Both the position numbers and the translations under genes were made by a program. A stretch of 63,570 bases of DNA, the filler included, from Phoronis australis (lineage: Eukaryota; Animalia; Phoronida): the NCBI GenBank assembly GCA_002633005.1. It is 3 parts of 3 records of this genome, joined end to end, with 100 filler letters (N's around TTAATTAATTAA, not from the genome) between each part and the next. Parts side by side here need not be neighbours in the genome. Positions count along the whole stretch, not along the records: positions 7,256 to 34,648 come from NMRA01000268.1; 2 more parts are not named here. The stretch is one strand, 5' to 3'. Each line of letters opens with the position of its first letter. Within the stretch, counting starts at the first letter, position 1. The notes beneath the pieces are model-generated. The model made no database searches. It was not told the DNA's origin and saw nothing but the letters and a program-made list of their open reading frames with translations. Positions 11,461 to 24,490 of this stretch are shown piece after piece.

Positions 11461-13087
11461 TGTTTTAACATTTTACGTACCAGTTAAAACTGATACATAA
11501 ATAAGAGACTGTGTATGAAGAACCTTCCCATATTAGTCTCTCACCTAACTTGTTTTCGTTTGTAGCGTTTATGCTCAGCCCAATGTTCGTAAAAGCATGT
11601 ATTGAATTCACTTTTTCTAAAATAAGTTTGTCGGACTAAAACACCAATTGTCTCACCCCACTATATAACGGAGTTTGCGGCGTAATTGTGGACTCCTAAA
11701 CCCTTAATGCTCAGAGTCGAGTTTGTTGTCACTGTAAATATCTGGAAAATCTCCACAGCTCTACACTAATACTGGTTTGGGGAGGAAAAAAGAAAATGAA
11801 ACGAAATTTATCTTGACCTATCTAATGACACCGAACGGTGCAAGAAAATAATTAAACAAAATACACATGGAACAGTGGTTTTGTTTTGCCAGCTAATGGC
11901 AAAAAATTCAAATTCTAATAGTGGAAACAAATACATTACGACAGACACTTAAAAAGCAGATTCACGTTGGGCATTTATGTACTCGCAGCTAATCACTTGT
12001 TGCAATAAACCTTGCCACAGCCAGTGGTCCAATTTACCCGACTGAAGCAAGTTTCAGAATTTATGATGTTGAGAATTTGTCCATGGCGGAGAAGTGTTAA
12101 TGTTAATTAAGTTATGTCACGTGTTCAGTAAATTCGATATTTAAGCAAAACATATTGAACGGCCGTTGTCATTTTCATAATTAAAACTTTCGGTAACCCT
12201 GTGTATGTGGCCTGTTTTGGGGGGTTCGCCGTAAATAAATAGCCTAACAATAAGCCGTAAAAGTATGGTGATAAGTTAAGTTATTTTACTTGACAATTTT
12301 GTAGTTTGAGTGTTGTTGTTGGAGCAATTGCAAGTCACAAAGACATTTTTCAATTTCTAACCAATCGAATTGTTTGAGTGATCCTTCGTTTTGTTAATCA
12401 ACGATAAACCAAGGACATAATCCTCCAAAAGTGCTCCTCGTTGTAGCTCTGGAAAGGAGTGTATCGGATTCTGGACACTGTTTCGGTGCGCCAGCGTAAT
12501 TTGTTTTTTAAATTTACGCTGATCAAGGTACAACCACTATCTGCACAAATGTGTTTGACGTAAACCCTTTAGACAACTGGTGGTGGGAATTTGTAATAAT
12601 AACCAAACTCTTTTGACAACGGGTGGTGGGAATTTGTAATAACAACCAAAAACCATTGAATTACAGTTACACTATAATACACAACATCTGTGTCCGATAA
12701 AGCACTTGAAAACTGTATATCGAATTGGAAAATATACATCTCTCCATATATTTTCATTTTCAGCAATTGAATGACGATTCGTTTAGACTTAGAAGCATGC
12801 TGATAAATACCACATCAAGTCCAAATAATGAAGATGTTGAGAACACAACTGTATTGGCACTAAAGCAGTAAACGAGACATTTACTACATTCGTTATGAGT
12901 GATACGGGTGAAAGGAACGGAAACAAGGTACAGTAAATTGTCAATCAATCACCACTACCCCTAACGACATTAGAGGAAGTTGTTACCGTAATTGTTTCTT
13001 TGGGAACACGCAGTCAGTTTAATAACACAAAGATCCAATAAACTGAAGCAGATAATCAAATTGTTTCACTTGAGAAACTAATTGAAT

Positions 13088-16000
13088 ATGACTATGAACA
13101 GACTTCTCTTGCTCTTAAACCTTGCTTGGTGTTTGCCATTTGGAGGGCAAATGATGACCGGACATTCTCCACGTGGTGCCGCCGGTGGAAGCTGGCATAT
13201 TCCCGTACCAACAGGTGCTAAAGTAAAAATAACTTTGCTGGAGCTTCGTGCAGAGGGGGGTAATGTATGTAGGAACGTAACTGTTCGCTTAGTGTCCTCA
13301 AATGCTTGGACAGAATTTCGTCCGGATTCCTGTCACCAAGGACCTCACCCTCAATGGGTATCAAAGGGCAATGTCACAGTCAGAATTATCAAAGCTACAG
13401 AAACTGATGACGTCAAGTTCTCAATCACTTTTGCTTATGAATGGATTAATCCTGAAAATGACACGTGCAGACATGTTCGTGGTTTGGAAGGAGGAAAATT
13501 GTTCATAAAAAGCACAACTGTCAATAATAACGGGTCGTCACCAACGATGCAAAAGCGATGTGTATGGAGTTTGAGAAGCAACGACAGCAGGTTGGTAAAC
13601 CTGACAGTTACTGACTTAAACACAGGATATTCAGGAGAAGGTTGTAATGACGATAAACTAGTCCTGTATGACGGTACCGATGACTCGCAAAGGGTACTTG
13701 GAACGTACTGTGGTCACAAGTCACAGTGGTCGACAGTGTCGTCATCACCACATATGTCGGTGATACTATTCTATAGCTTGTTGGATAATGCCACTTTCAG
13801 AGCTCAATATACATTTGTTTCCAACCTCTCGTTTTCAACTGGTTTTGGTGATTACAAATTTCTTGGTCAAAACAGAATTATCAGTTCAAATTTATACCCT
13901 TTACCATCGTATTCACTTCCCTCAGAGAGCACCCATGTTTATTTATTGCATATCTTAGCCACTTACGGTCAGGTGTTGCTTATGGACGTCCACACACGTG
14001 TCGCTCTTCACGTGATTGTCTACGATGGGCCACACACGTTGCTGGCCCGACGAATACTTCCATTGTATTCTGCGATACAGACGGGTAGCTTAACGTCTTC
14101 TCGATATATCTCTTCATCATTCCAGTCAACTATAGAAATTCATAAATTCGATGATCAATCGTTCAACATCACTTTTAGTTCCATTAGTATTACCTTCACA
14201 ACGTGTAAGAGCATAAATGTGCTTAAAGACCAATATTCCTTGGTCACGTTATTGGCTGAGAAATTTCGTATTTCTAAACGAAATGTTGGACAATGTCTTT
14301 GGTACTTCAGAGCAGCACACGTTGAACGTTTTCTTCGTTTCACCCTTGAGCTACTGAATCTGACAGACACGGACAATTGCGCGTATGAAGGAATTGTAAT
14401 TTTTGATGGACCTAACACATCGGCGCCATCCTTTGGGCCATTTTGCAGGAAGCCGATAATACTTCGAAACATTGTTACCACGCAAAGCTATTTAACGGTG
14501 CTCTATTATTCAATCGGTGATTTTTTAGATGACAGCTCAGCAGTCCATGCATCTATTGAAGAGACACTTTGTAAAGGTCATTTTCTTACCCAAGCAAATT
14601 TAAATTTCCACGTTGCTGTCAGCTCATGTTACATTTTCCAAAATGTGCCAGAAGTAACACATAGACAGGTAAAGAAGATGAGCCTAACTGTTAATAAGTC
14701 AGCAACATATCACATTCTTCTCTTGATAGAAGCAAGTGAGATTGCGTCTGGTTACCGGTCAACCTTTTCGTGTTGCGAGTACTTGAAATGCTTTGGAAAC
14801 ATAATTCCACGGGTTCAGGGACAACACACGTTCAGTTTACATACTGCAATAAATGACACATTAGAGTTGCTGTCTTTTGTGTCCTACTGTAGTTGGTCAA
14901 GAGCGGGGATCTCTGCTAAAGTCACAGTGGAAGAAAAAGGTGGTGAAAATAAGTATGGTGAATGTTTAAGGCTCAGGGACATTGCAAAGGGTATTGACCT
15001 TCCTTCCTGGAACTGCGGCCTGCTGACCTTTTCTGCTAACTCGCCTCATGTGACATTTAGATTACTAACTCATCAGAAAGAGGAATATTCGTCCCATATC
15101 GAAATTGCGTTCTTTTCTGAAAACACATGTGCCATATCTTTAAAAGTAATGGAAAGCGTTTTCAAAAGTGCTGGTCAAACTGGAATTAGTAGTGGTGCGC
15201 CCGAACATTCACTTGACTACCTGTATTATTTGCGGTGTAATGCCGGTAAGGTAGCCACCAGAATAACCAGTATTGCTGCAGACCTAGTTCGGATAACTCT
15301 TTCAAATAAACTGCAAGAACTGGCCATTGACTATACCGTTGTCCCTATACCTTTTATAGACGTTGACAACTTCAACAGGTGCAAGCCAGGCTATGTTTTG
15401 TACAAAGAGTTTTGTTATGATCTAACTGGCTACCATAAAACATGGATGCAGGGCAATGAACGTTGCAAGAAAGAAGGCGGGGAGTTGTTGAGTATCTTGG
15501 ACGACGATGAGTATAAGTTCATCCTTCACTGCATGCGGACCATTTGGATGAGGCGCATTTACTCGCGCAAAACGTACAATGCAGTCTTCATTGGACTTCG
15601 TAATACAAAAGATGACGATTTGAGATGGACTGACAACAACCCCCTTGTATACACCAGATGGTATAGTCCAGGGGACGAAGCCACAACGTATACCCAGGCA
15701 ATAATGTCAAACGAAGCAGAGAACGATTTGCGTCACACTGTGAACGAGAATCAAAGACAGCCACTCAACGAGCCATCAAGTCGATGTACGCTGATGATTG
15801 TTCGTAACCCGCATATTGGCGCCAGTTGGTTCAAAATACCTTGTATCTATGGGTTTCGTGAAACGCAGGCAATTTGTAAACAACCTGCTACCAGCAACAA
15901 AACATCGGTGGCGAAAACGCCATCGATTAAAGAATTCCCCGCTTGTCCTCCCAGCTGGGCATTCCTGCAAAATTCGTGTTACAAGCTCGTTACCAGTATG

Positions 16001-16509
16001 TTACCAGTAGATATACCAGTAAAGTTAAAAACAGCTTTGGCCATGTGTCGTTCCCAGGAAGGTGCTAACCTTGCTGTAGTCAACTTTACTAACATTCACG
16101 GTATCGAGTATTTATTAACGGTATGGAAACATAGACCTGAGTATGGCGCCATATGGGTGAACGAAACACCAGGTATGAAATCTTCAGTACTCTCGTCAAC
16201 GTCTCCTACTACGCCAGAAGCAATTTGGAGCTCTCTCGAAGCTTTAGGACGCGGTCGTATTAGTGTGCAGCCGTGGAAACTCTCAAAAATCCGCCACGTC
16301 GGCACCTCCGTACCTGATTCGTCACGCCCTCTGAACGTGCTGTGTGAAAGACCTGTGGTTAAAGCGTCAATCAGTCAGTGTTCAAGACTGACTCAATTTA
16401 GCTGTAGCGACGGAACTTGCATCTCTATGGGCGCTATCTGCAACTTGACTCCTGATTGTTCAAAGGGAGAAGATGAAGAAAACTGCCAGGGAGAGGAATT
16501 GTTTTTCAA
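13088..16509 (+). CDS. Exon 1 of a CUB/C-type-lectin/LDLa/LRR G-protein-coupled receptor (GRL101/RXFP-like LGR)
   Basis: 3.4-kb open frame with ATG at 13088 or 13094 and signal peptide MNRLLLLLNLAWCLPFGG. CUB motifs (CVWSL..C.DDKLVLYDG..LGTYCG; CLWYF..IVIFDGP..GPFC), two CTLDs (CKPGYVLYKEFCY..VFIGL..WTD; CPPSWAFLQNSCY) and the first LDLa. Donor AA|gtaagt is phase 2. Confidence 0.9.
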
Positions 16510-16960
16510 GTAAGTTCATGGCTGTTGATCAAAATACTTTCAGCATGAAATATACCATGAAGTAGTTCATTTGTAAGATGTGAAGTTTAGAATGGAGTTG
16601 CATTTATTAAAGCTTCCAGGAAAAGCACAAAGCCTCATAAATGGAAATCCCTTTTGGAAAGTAGATATATTTTTATTACTATTTTTTCCACTGGCAGAAT
16701 CCATACGTCGTTGGAGCTATAGCTTTATTTAATGCAATGGCAGTGTTTGTTGGCAAAACGAAAAATACAGTGTCAAAATTGTAACACCTTTGTAACAACA
16801 AACAGATTGATGCATGTTACAACAAGCTATTCGTTGATACATTACCGATTTCTATGCCTCTAAACCCATGTCCATTCAATGGGTCGTTACCTTTGCTTGA
16901 CCGCTTATGGGGATATGCTGCTGTTATAATGGATATGAACAAAACAGTAAAGCCTGAAGA

Positions 16961-17900
16961 TTTAATGCGCCCACGTATCGTATGTGGGCGCAATTGCCGT
17001 TATATCTGCTTGACGTCCGGTGTCCGCCTTTGTATCTCCTAACACCTAACGCTCTTCATTTTACTTTGCGGATTTGTCTATCAGGCAGAATGACAGATGA
17101 CAGCGACTTTCGGACTAATTGGACAACTGAAGTAACCTATGAGTTTGTATTACGGGGTCTTTTGATTGATTTCTATAAAAGTTGAAAAAAAGCTTTCTGA
17201 AGAGGCACGGCGACCTCTTTCCATTTTCGGACGAATTTGACGTACTCCGCGCCACCTAACGGTAATTTTTATTATTCTCGAGTACGTTTTTTTTGCCGCA
17301 GCCTCTTTTTCCAACTAACCGCTCTAAGCATCACCATCATAGAAATTTACTGGCATGTTCATGCAGAAGAAACCGCTGCTGATTTCCTTACGTGTCCGAC
17401 TCCTATGCCAACCTCTGGTGGCATTTTATGCATCCGCGGCTGTATATCCTTAACCCCTTGATGGATGAGTGTTTTCCAATTAAGGTGACAAAGGATCACG
17501 ACGACGTTTGGCTGTATCTGACTACGTCAGCGCTGCCTTATTTTTTACGTTTGCCTCAATATCTTCAGACGTCATTGACGCATTTTTGTGAAAATTGGAA
17601 AATTTGTTTCTATGGTAGTGGCGACAACATCTTTTCATTTCAGACAAGTTCGACGTATTCTGCGCCACCTAGTAGACTCTTTCATCACTTTCAAGCTTTT
17701 GTCTTCCGCCACTCTATCTACAAAACGGGATGATCATGACCTTTTGACAGATGTGTCGCTGCCAAGATCATATACGACTGACGTTGATTTTCGAACGGCT
17801 GGGACTTCTGTGACGCCACCTAGTGGCACATTATGCATCTGCAGCTGTATCTACTGAAATCGTTGCGGAATCTTTGTGATGTAATCGTAGGGGCATTTTA
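16961..17900 (+). mobile_element. Older copy of the HINE-like family in the receptor intron
   Basis: TTTAATGCGCCCACGTATCGTATGTGGGCGCA hairpin, degenerate GTCC tract and GCCACCTAGTGGC subunits like those in 5735-6870. Confidence 0.65.
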
Positions 17901-20900
17901 ATGGAAGCCAGCCTAGTACATGTTGTTGATTAATCAGAACGGATGACATACGCCATGCTCATCATTGTTTTCATTGTCCAAGTAAAGTTGTTCTTCACAC
18001 AACAATTCATTTTAGCCCTTGTCATTTGGACGAATGACCACGTTAGATCGGATAAGGACGTCCCTAAATTTTAGGGATTACTATATTACCACGACTTTCT
18101 CCACGCCTCACTTAATTCCCCAAGCAGACGACTTTATCAGTGCGTTGGGTAGTTCGGCGACTCCAACCGGAGATTCTGGTGTTCTCACCAATCGCCAGCA
18201 AAATGGGGAATCTTGACCAAGCACCTTGACCTACATTGCAGTTCGCCACGACTTAGATTTTAATTTACTTTAGCGTGAGCGGCCACAGTCGATCGTCCGC
18301 TCTCTGAACAGTAGAAAACTCGAAGTCTCAGATGAATGCACATTGACTGTGCACTCTACTCGAACAATCAATCAAATGGTGGAACAGAGGACATAGATGC
18401 GACAGGTATTCTCTCGTTGATGCTCTCATGCTATATTAAGCGACCTTAGACACGGCGATCATCGGGATTGTTCGGCTTTGGGAACTTACTTCGGATTTAG
18501 GGCGCTCCCAATAAGGACCGAGTGTAGGACCTCTTCATGCAACAGTCCTTAAACAAAATCCTAATAGAGACTTCCCTAACTAGTTTGGGGACTTAGTTAA
18601 GTTCCTAATTAGGGACTGTTTCACCGGTCAAAGATGTCTATGGATCCTCCATTGTTGACCATCTATTTCTGAATTCTTTAAATATTTGTTTCGGAATAGT
18701 AGTACGATTGTGTTTCAATAAAGTTGACTTCAGAGGTTTACCATTGAGGTGTTACTTATACAAATAGAATATTAAGAGACACATGTTGATTAGCTTTTGA
18801 ACTGGTTCACTTCTACATCTGTTTCTAAATAAAACCTTTCTGTGTCGGTAGCCATGTAGGTCGTCTTAAAATAGTTTACACCTTTTCAATTTCTCAACTT
18901 GTGATTTGCTGAAGTGGCAGCACACGATGCCGCCTCTTATTGGTTGTTATAATAAGATGGCATGGAAGTCTGTTTTTTACAGATTTTGTGCGACTTAAAA
19001 TTTAAGGATTTCTTTATATCAAATGCTTTTTAAGAAACACCCTGAGTGGAATTAAAACATCGTTTCCCTGCAATTTGGTTATGATAATTATGTTTACATT
19101 ATCATTCTCGCATTCGGCAAGGTGCCAGTTTGTAAAATAATGTCTAAAATTGACAATTTTTATCTCTACCGGTGGTATTTTCTTTTACGTTTTAGGTAAC
19201 AACGTAAGGTCTTTGGTATAACTACATTTTTATTATTTACAGGGCATCCAGTTGATATTTTTAGGTACTGATAATAATTTTGGTTTGTTAGTTTTGCCTC
19301 CATAAATAATGGTGTTGTCAATTGCACTGAATTTAGCGCCATTAAAACCGATACGAAATGGCTATTCCGCACAATTCGGGTGCAGTAAGTTTAATAAGAT
19401 AGCCAATAAACATGTTTGGACATTTTAAGCTGTAAAATTCGGGACTTTTATTGGTTCAGCAAAGTTGCCACTGGTATTAACATATCAATACTTTGAAACT
19501 TCGAGTGAAATTAAAAATACAAGCACTAACGATATCTGCGAAATTCAGTTTGAAGGTGTAGCATGGGGAAAAGCACGCAGTTTATCAAAATGTCGCAAAT
19601 TTTTCGCATGTACAATGTGTACCACAAACAGAAAGTTGCTTTTTCAAGATGTGACGGACCAACGTATGGTCGTGTACAGATAAGTTGTCTTGCTTCGGAT
19701 GTAGAAGTATACCCTGATCTAGAGAGTGATATTATGGGATATGGCATTGGTAAGGCTTGTAACGAAGTGAGTGATGGCAGATAAGGTTATTTTCTTTGAA
19801 GAAATTTAAACTTCGAACCATGAAAAGAAACAACAGAAAGTCTACGTTGACTCAAACATAACCCGTTCCTTTATGAATATGAGTTGATAGCTATACCGTT
19901 TAGTACCCACATGCTTTTTCAATATGGAAACTTGTTCCCTCACACTCAAGAGGGTTCACTTGCAACATCTAGCCACATTTCTAAAGAAAATACTTGACCA
20001 CATGGTTTCTAACAATGAGCTATAAAATTTATCTCATTGGTTCTAAGACCCGAGTGGTTGCATGCTCTGTTATGAAACTTTTGCGACAACTCGGTAGATG
20101 ATGACAGCTTAATTCACAGCAGCAAACTTTGTTCTGAAATTCAGTTTGCTGATATTAAAGTACATAAAACTTGTAACGGAATGAAACCATTCCGATAATT
20201 TGTAGTGACACCTCTTGAAAGAAGAACAATTGATTGAAGAATCGGGGTGAAAAGAAACTGGCCAATAGGTGACGCAACATTTTATGGCGCCTAAAGCCGA
20301 CGCACGAATTCGCATCACAACGTAAGCAGCAGAAGAACGCTAGAACTCCAATTTTTCCAACATCGGCAAATAATTTAGTTCATGTAATTTGTGTCCCATG
20401 CATGCAGTTGTGTCCTCTATATACATGTTATCTGCCTCCCGTTCAGTAACGCTAGGTCGGATTGACCTCGCTAAAAAGCAAGACTTCGTGACATATTGCC
20501 GTGTATTTTAAAAGTGAACATTAGATTTTGGCCAGATTTTAGTTAGGTCCTAGCCTAGGTCCTAGCGCTGCTGAACGCACAACTGGTTTATTACCCAATA
20601 TGCATCTGTTGTTCCTGTTTGTCTGTTCTGTTCCTAGTCATGTGTATGCTCAACTAAAGTCTCTGAACTCGAGCTCTCAACTTTATCCGAAATCTACGTA
20701 GTTTACTCAAGGAAAAGTAGTTTTTCATGACACTAATTTTGTGTGTGTCAGATTTTATTTGGCCAATTTTTACCCACATCCGTCGGCACAAAGCAACAGC
20801 GTTTACACCAAGACTAAGGTTATGTGTGCTTTCTTTCAAACCGGTTTCTGGTTTTAGTTTCTAAAGCCAAGAATTCCAAACTGGGCCCAGATTCATTAGA

Positions 20901-21678
20901 TTTGCCATGTCCAAATAGTCCAAACGGATTTTCCTGTTGGCTTTAACAGCGCCGAACTTCAACATGACGCCAAAAATGAAAACCACACCCTACGTAATAT
21001 GTCAGCAAACGCCAAGACAAGTCTAGAGTTACTGTTAACGCTTGAAAATATCTATTAGCTGTCCTGACCATAAAAGTGTAGTTATACCAATGAACTTGTA
21101 TTTGCCGCAGATACTAGGCGAAAAATTACAACTGACGGGTGAAATTAGTACATTTTTGACATTATTTTGTAAATTGATACTTAAACGTTGACGAACGTTC
21201 AAAATCACAATTTATACATGATTACCATAAACAAATAGTGCGGAAACGACACCTCAGTCAATTTTGTTTCTGGACCACTCTGCTCATGTTTTGTACAGTA
21301 GCCCGATTTTGATGATTTTCACACCCTTATTGTGCATAATGACGTCACAACGGACGCCCAATTTAAAACGAAGTTGTTCCCTGACATGGTCTCAGGATGA
21401 AAAGACTGAAGTTACAACCCATGGTCTCAAATGTTGAACCATTTTGGACGCCACCTTCAGTTTTGGCAATTTTGCATAGACAAGAAGAATCGGCGTTTTG
21501 TCTCTGGGTGTATACAGACTCCAGTGTCATGTATAATTCTTTAAAATCCAAGGATCACTATAGATTCGTAATTTGACAAATTTCTTGTCTCTTGATCACA
21601 TGGCTCTGTCTTAGGTAATTTTAGTAGCGCAGTTTTCGTAAATTAAAAATGCCTGATATGAATACATTCTATTATTAG

Positions 21679-23938
21679 GTGCGATGACGGTGAACGCATC
21701 TCCATATCATCTTTCTGCGACTTCATCAAAGACTGCAAAGACGGAAGTGACGAAAGTAACTGCACGTTCCCATCCTGCTCCGCGGATGAATTTACGTGTG
21801 AATCTGGCCAATGCATCCCGGAAAGCCGATCCTGTGATTTCAAGAGTGATTGTTTCGATGGATCTGACGAAACCGAAAGTAATTGTCGATGGATAAAGAA
21901 CTGTGAACAATTGAAGGGGTTCCGCTGTTTTTCTGGAGACTGTATTGCCCTTAACTTGAAACACAATTTGAGGAACGATTGTCCTGGGCAGGTCCAAGAG
22001 GATGAGCTATTCTCGAAAGTAGACTATGCACGAGGGTCGTACATTCCAATACTTACTCGATATGGTGTTCCGCAAGTTGAAATCAATTTGCGACCTTTCT
22101 GCTTATCTACCCACAACCACGTGCGTTGCAAGACAAATAACCCATCCTGCTTTAATAGGGGTCAAAGCTGCATATACGACGGGGCTTTGGGATGTGGAGA
22201 CAAAAGCCATCTTAAAAATTGTGAACAATTTCAGTGTATGGGGTTTTTCAAGTGTCCGTCAGGTTATTGCATCCCAAAACACAGGGTGTGTGATGGTACG
22301 TGGGACTGTACTGGGGGGAGTGATGAAAGCGCGTGTTCGAGTTATACCTGCCTAGGTGACTTTATGTGTCGTGGTGAAGCTAGATGTTTGAAGCAGTCTC
22401 AGGTTTGCGATGGTGTTGTTGATTGTAAGCATTCAAAAGACGATGAAATGTTTTGCGACTTAAAAACTCCCTGTCCAAGTGGTTGCAAATGTTTGGGTTA
22501 TATCCTAATCTGTGAAAATTCCTCTCTCACGGAAGTTCCAAGTGGTTTCAAAAACATGAGAGCGATCTTACTTTCTGGAAACGAACTGTCAATCAACAGC
22601 TCTACATTCAATAATTACTCATTTTTAGGGAGGTTGGACTTATCAAAGAATAAGATTTCAGCACTTCCGTCGTACACATTTAGTTATTTGCTAAATTTGT
22701 TCGAATTGATACTGAGAGGAAATATGTTGACCTCATTGAATTCAAATACTTTCGAAGGCCTGTCACTGAAATTATTAGATCTACAAATGAATAACCTTAA
22801 AACAATTGCAATTGATGCATTCAATGGTCTGAGAAGAGTTGGTGTTCTTAATTTACAAGACAACAACGAGTTTCTTTTCATTCATAAAGATACCTTACAA
22901 AAGCTGAAGCTGTCCACATTACTGACAGACAATTTTAGATTCTGTTGTCCAGTTAATAGCTCTGTTACCTGCAAACCAGAAAAGAACCCGTTTTCTTCTT
23001 GTTCTGACATGATTGCAAACAATTTCCTTCGAGTCTCGTTGTGGGTTCTTGGAATTATCGCTTTTATCGGCAATTTATTTGTTTTCATTTGGAGGTTAAA
23101 AACTGATAGAGACAGAGCAAATTCTATCTTTCTCATAAATCTTGCGCTTTCCGACTTTTTAATGAGTATCTACATGCTTTTAATTGCTTCTGTGGATGCA
23201 TATTTTATGTTAATGGGCGAGTACTATTTGCGAGACCCCTCGTGGCGAAACAGCACGCTATGTCGGATTGCTGGAGTCACATCTTTTGTAGCCTCAGAAA
23301 TGTCTGTTTACATACTAACCATCATAACCATCGATCGTGTCATCGCGACGGTGTTCGTTTTCAAGATTCGACCTGTCACCAAGCGCATTGGCGTCATCTT
23401 GATGGTGATTGGTTGGCTCACGTGGCTAGCGATAGCGACGCTTCCCTTTTACGCTCTGGGGAACGGAGACACTAGACGCAATATGAGCTTCTATGGTGGG
23501 ACCTCAGTTTGCTTACCCTTCACTCTTTCAACTGATTTCAATTTGATATCTGTTTCTGTTTTCATCATTTTTAACTTTGTGGCGTTTCTTGTAATATTAT
23601 TGGGCTATTTATTATTGTATATTCATGTTCGGAGTAGCGCCAAGAAGACTGGGAGAGCGTCAGTTCACCAAGATATCGAACTCGCGAAGAAGCTAAGCCT
23701 CATAATCTTTTCTGACTTCTGCTGCTGGTTACCTATAATGGTTGCTGGTTTATTAAGTATTACTGGCCATCAGATATCTCCAGAGTTCTCAGCATGGGTG
23801 GCGGTGTTCATTATGCCTTTAAACTCCGCACTGAATCCCTACATTTACACTTTATCGACTTTTAAATGTGGTCGTGCAAAACGAGGTAAGAAACAGAATC
23901 AACGGACATATGTTGGACATTGCTGCATTCAGATGTAG
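21679..23938 (+). CDS. Exon 2 of the same receptor: LDLa repeats, LRRNT, LRRs, hinge and rhodopsin-class 7TM
   Basis: ttattag acceptor, phase 2. AA+G restores a Lys inside an LDLa repeat (EELFFK-CDDGERISISSFCDFIKDCKDGSDE), in frame with ORF 21911-23938. Motifs CPSGCKC, LxxLxLxxN, DNFRFCC..C.P..FSSCSDM, NLALSDFLM, ITIDRV, DFCCWLP, NSALNPYIY. The 3' end may instead splice at 23885 (G|gtaaga). Confidence 0.93.
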
Positions 23939-24490
23939 GCTATCTAATTACAAACTGAGATAACTTTGGAATGAGGAAATCAACAAGCATGTCAACTTAT
24001 CGAAACATTCCCTGAATCTCCTCCTTTCACCTTTGATAATTTAATGTTTAAATGGGTGTCCTTTGGAGATCGATTGCAATTTTCAAATACAACGCGACTA
24101 AAAACTCCTATACTTTGGCTATACTGTCAGAAAAAATAATCAAACATGAAAGTAAAGATATCTTCTTTTGTCGAGTTATCCTTATTTAAAATCTGCCTCA
24201 TAACTTTGAGAATCCCTGATACATGTGTAATTACACAGTTTGTTGCGCATACGAAGCAGCTTTAACAAATGTCAATCGTGCTTCCAATTGGCCACATTTC
24301 TGTAACTGAAAACTAAAATCGAATTTTGCCTTTTAATCACGGTCTCACGATAGTCATTACCTTATCAACATTCAGTCTATTTAGGTTGCCAACAACAACA
24401 TCGAAACCATGAGCAATTCAACTTCGAAGAAAACTCTTCAGATCTAATTGAGGTTGACCAACCCTATAATTGCGAATTGAAAATGTGGTA

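Noticed and set aside
18030-18540. Possible decayed retroelement (QGAW motif on the minus strand)
   Set aside because: Only one short motif, too degraded to support a call.
19649-19749. Possible extra receptor exon (CDGPTYGRVQISC...GYGI) with ag/gt borders
   Set aside because: It runs phase 2 to phase 1, which would frameshift exon 2. The direct 16509-21679 join already gives a complete LDLa.
13302-23475. Short ORFs overlapping the receptor exons in other frames or strands
   Set aside because: They are shadow ORFs of a long coding sequence with no independent motifs.
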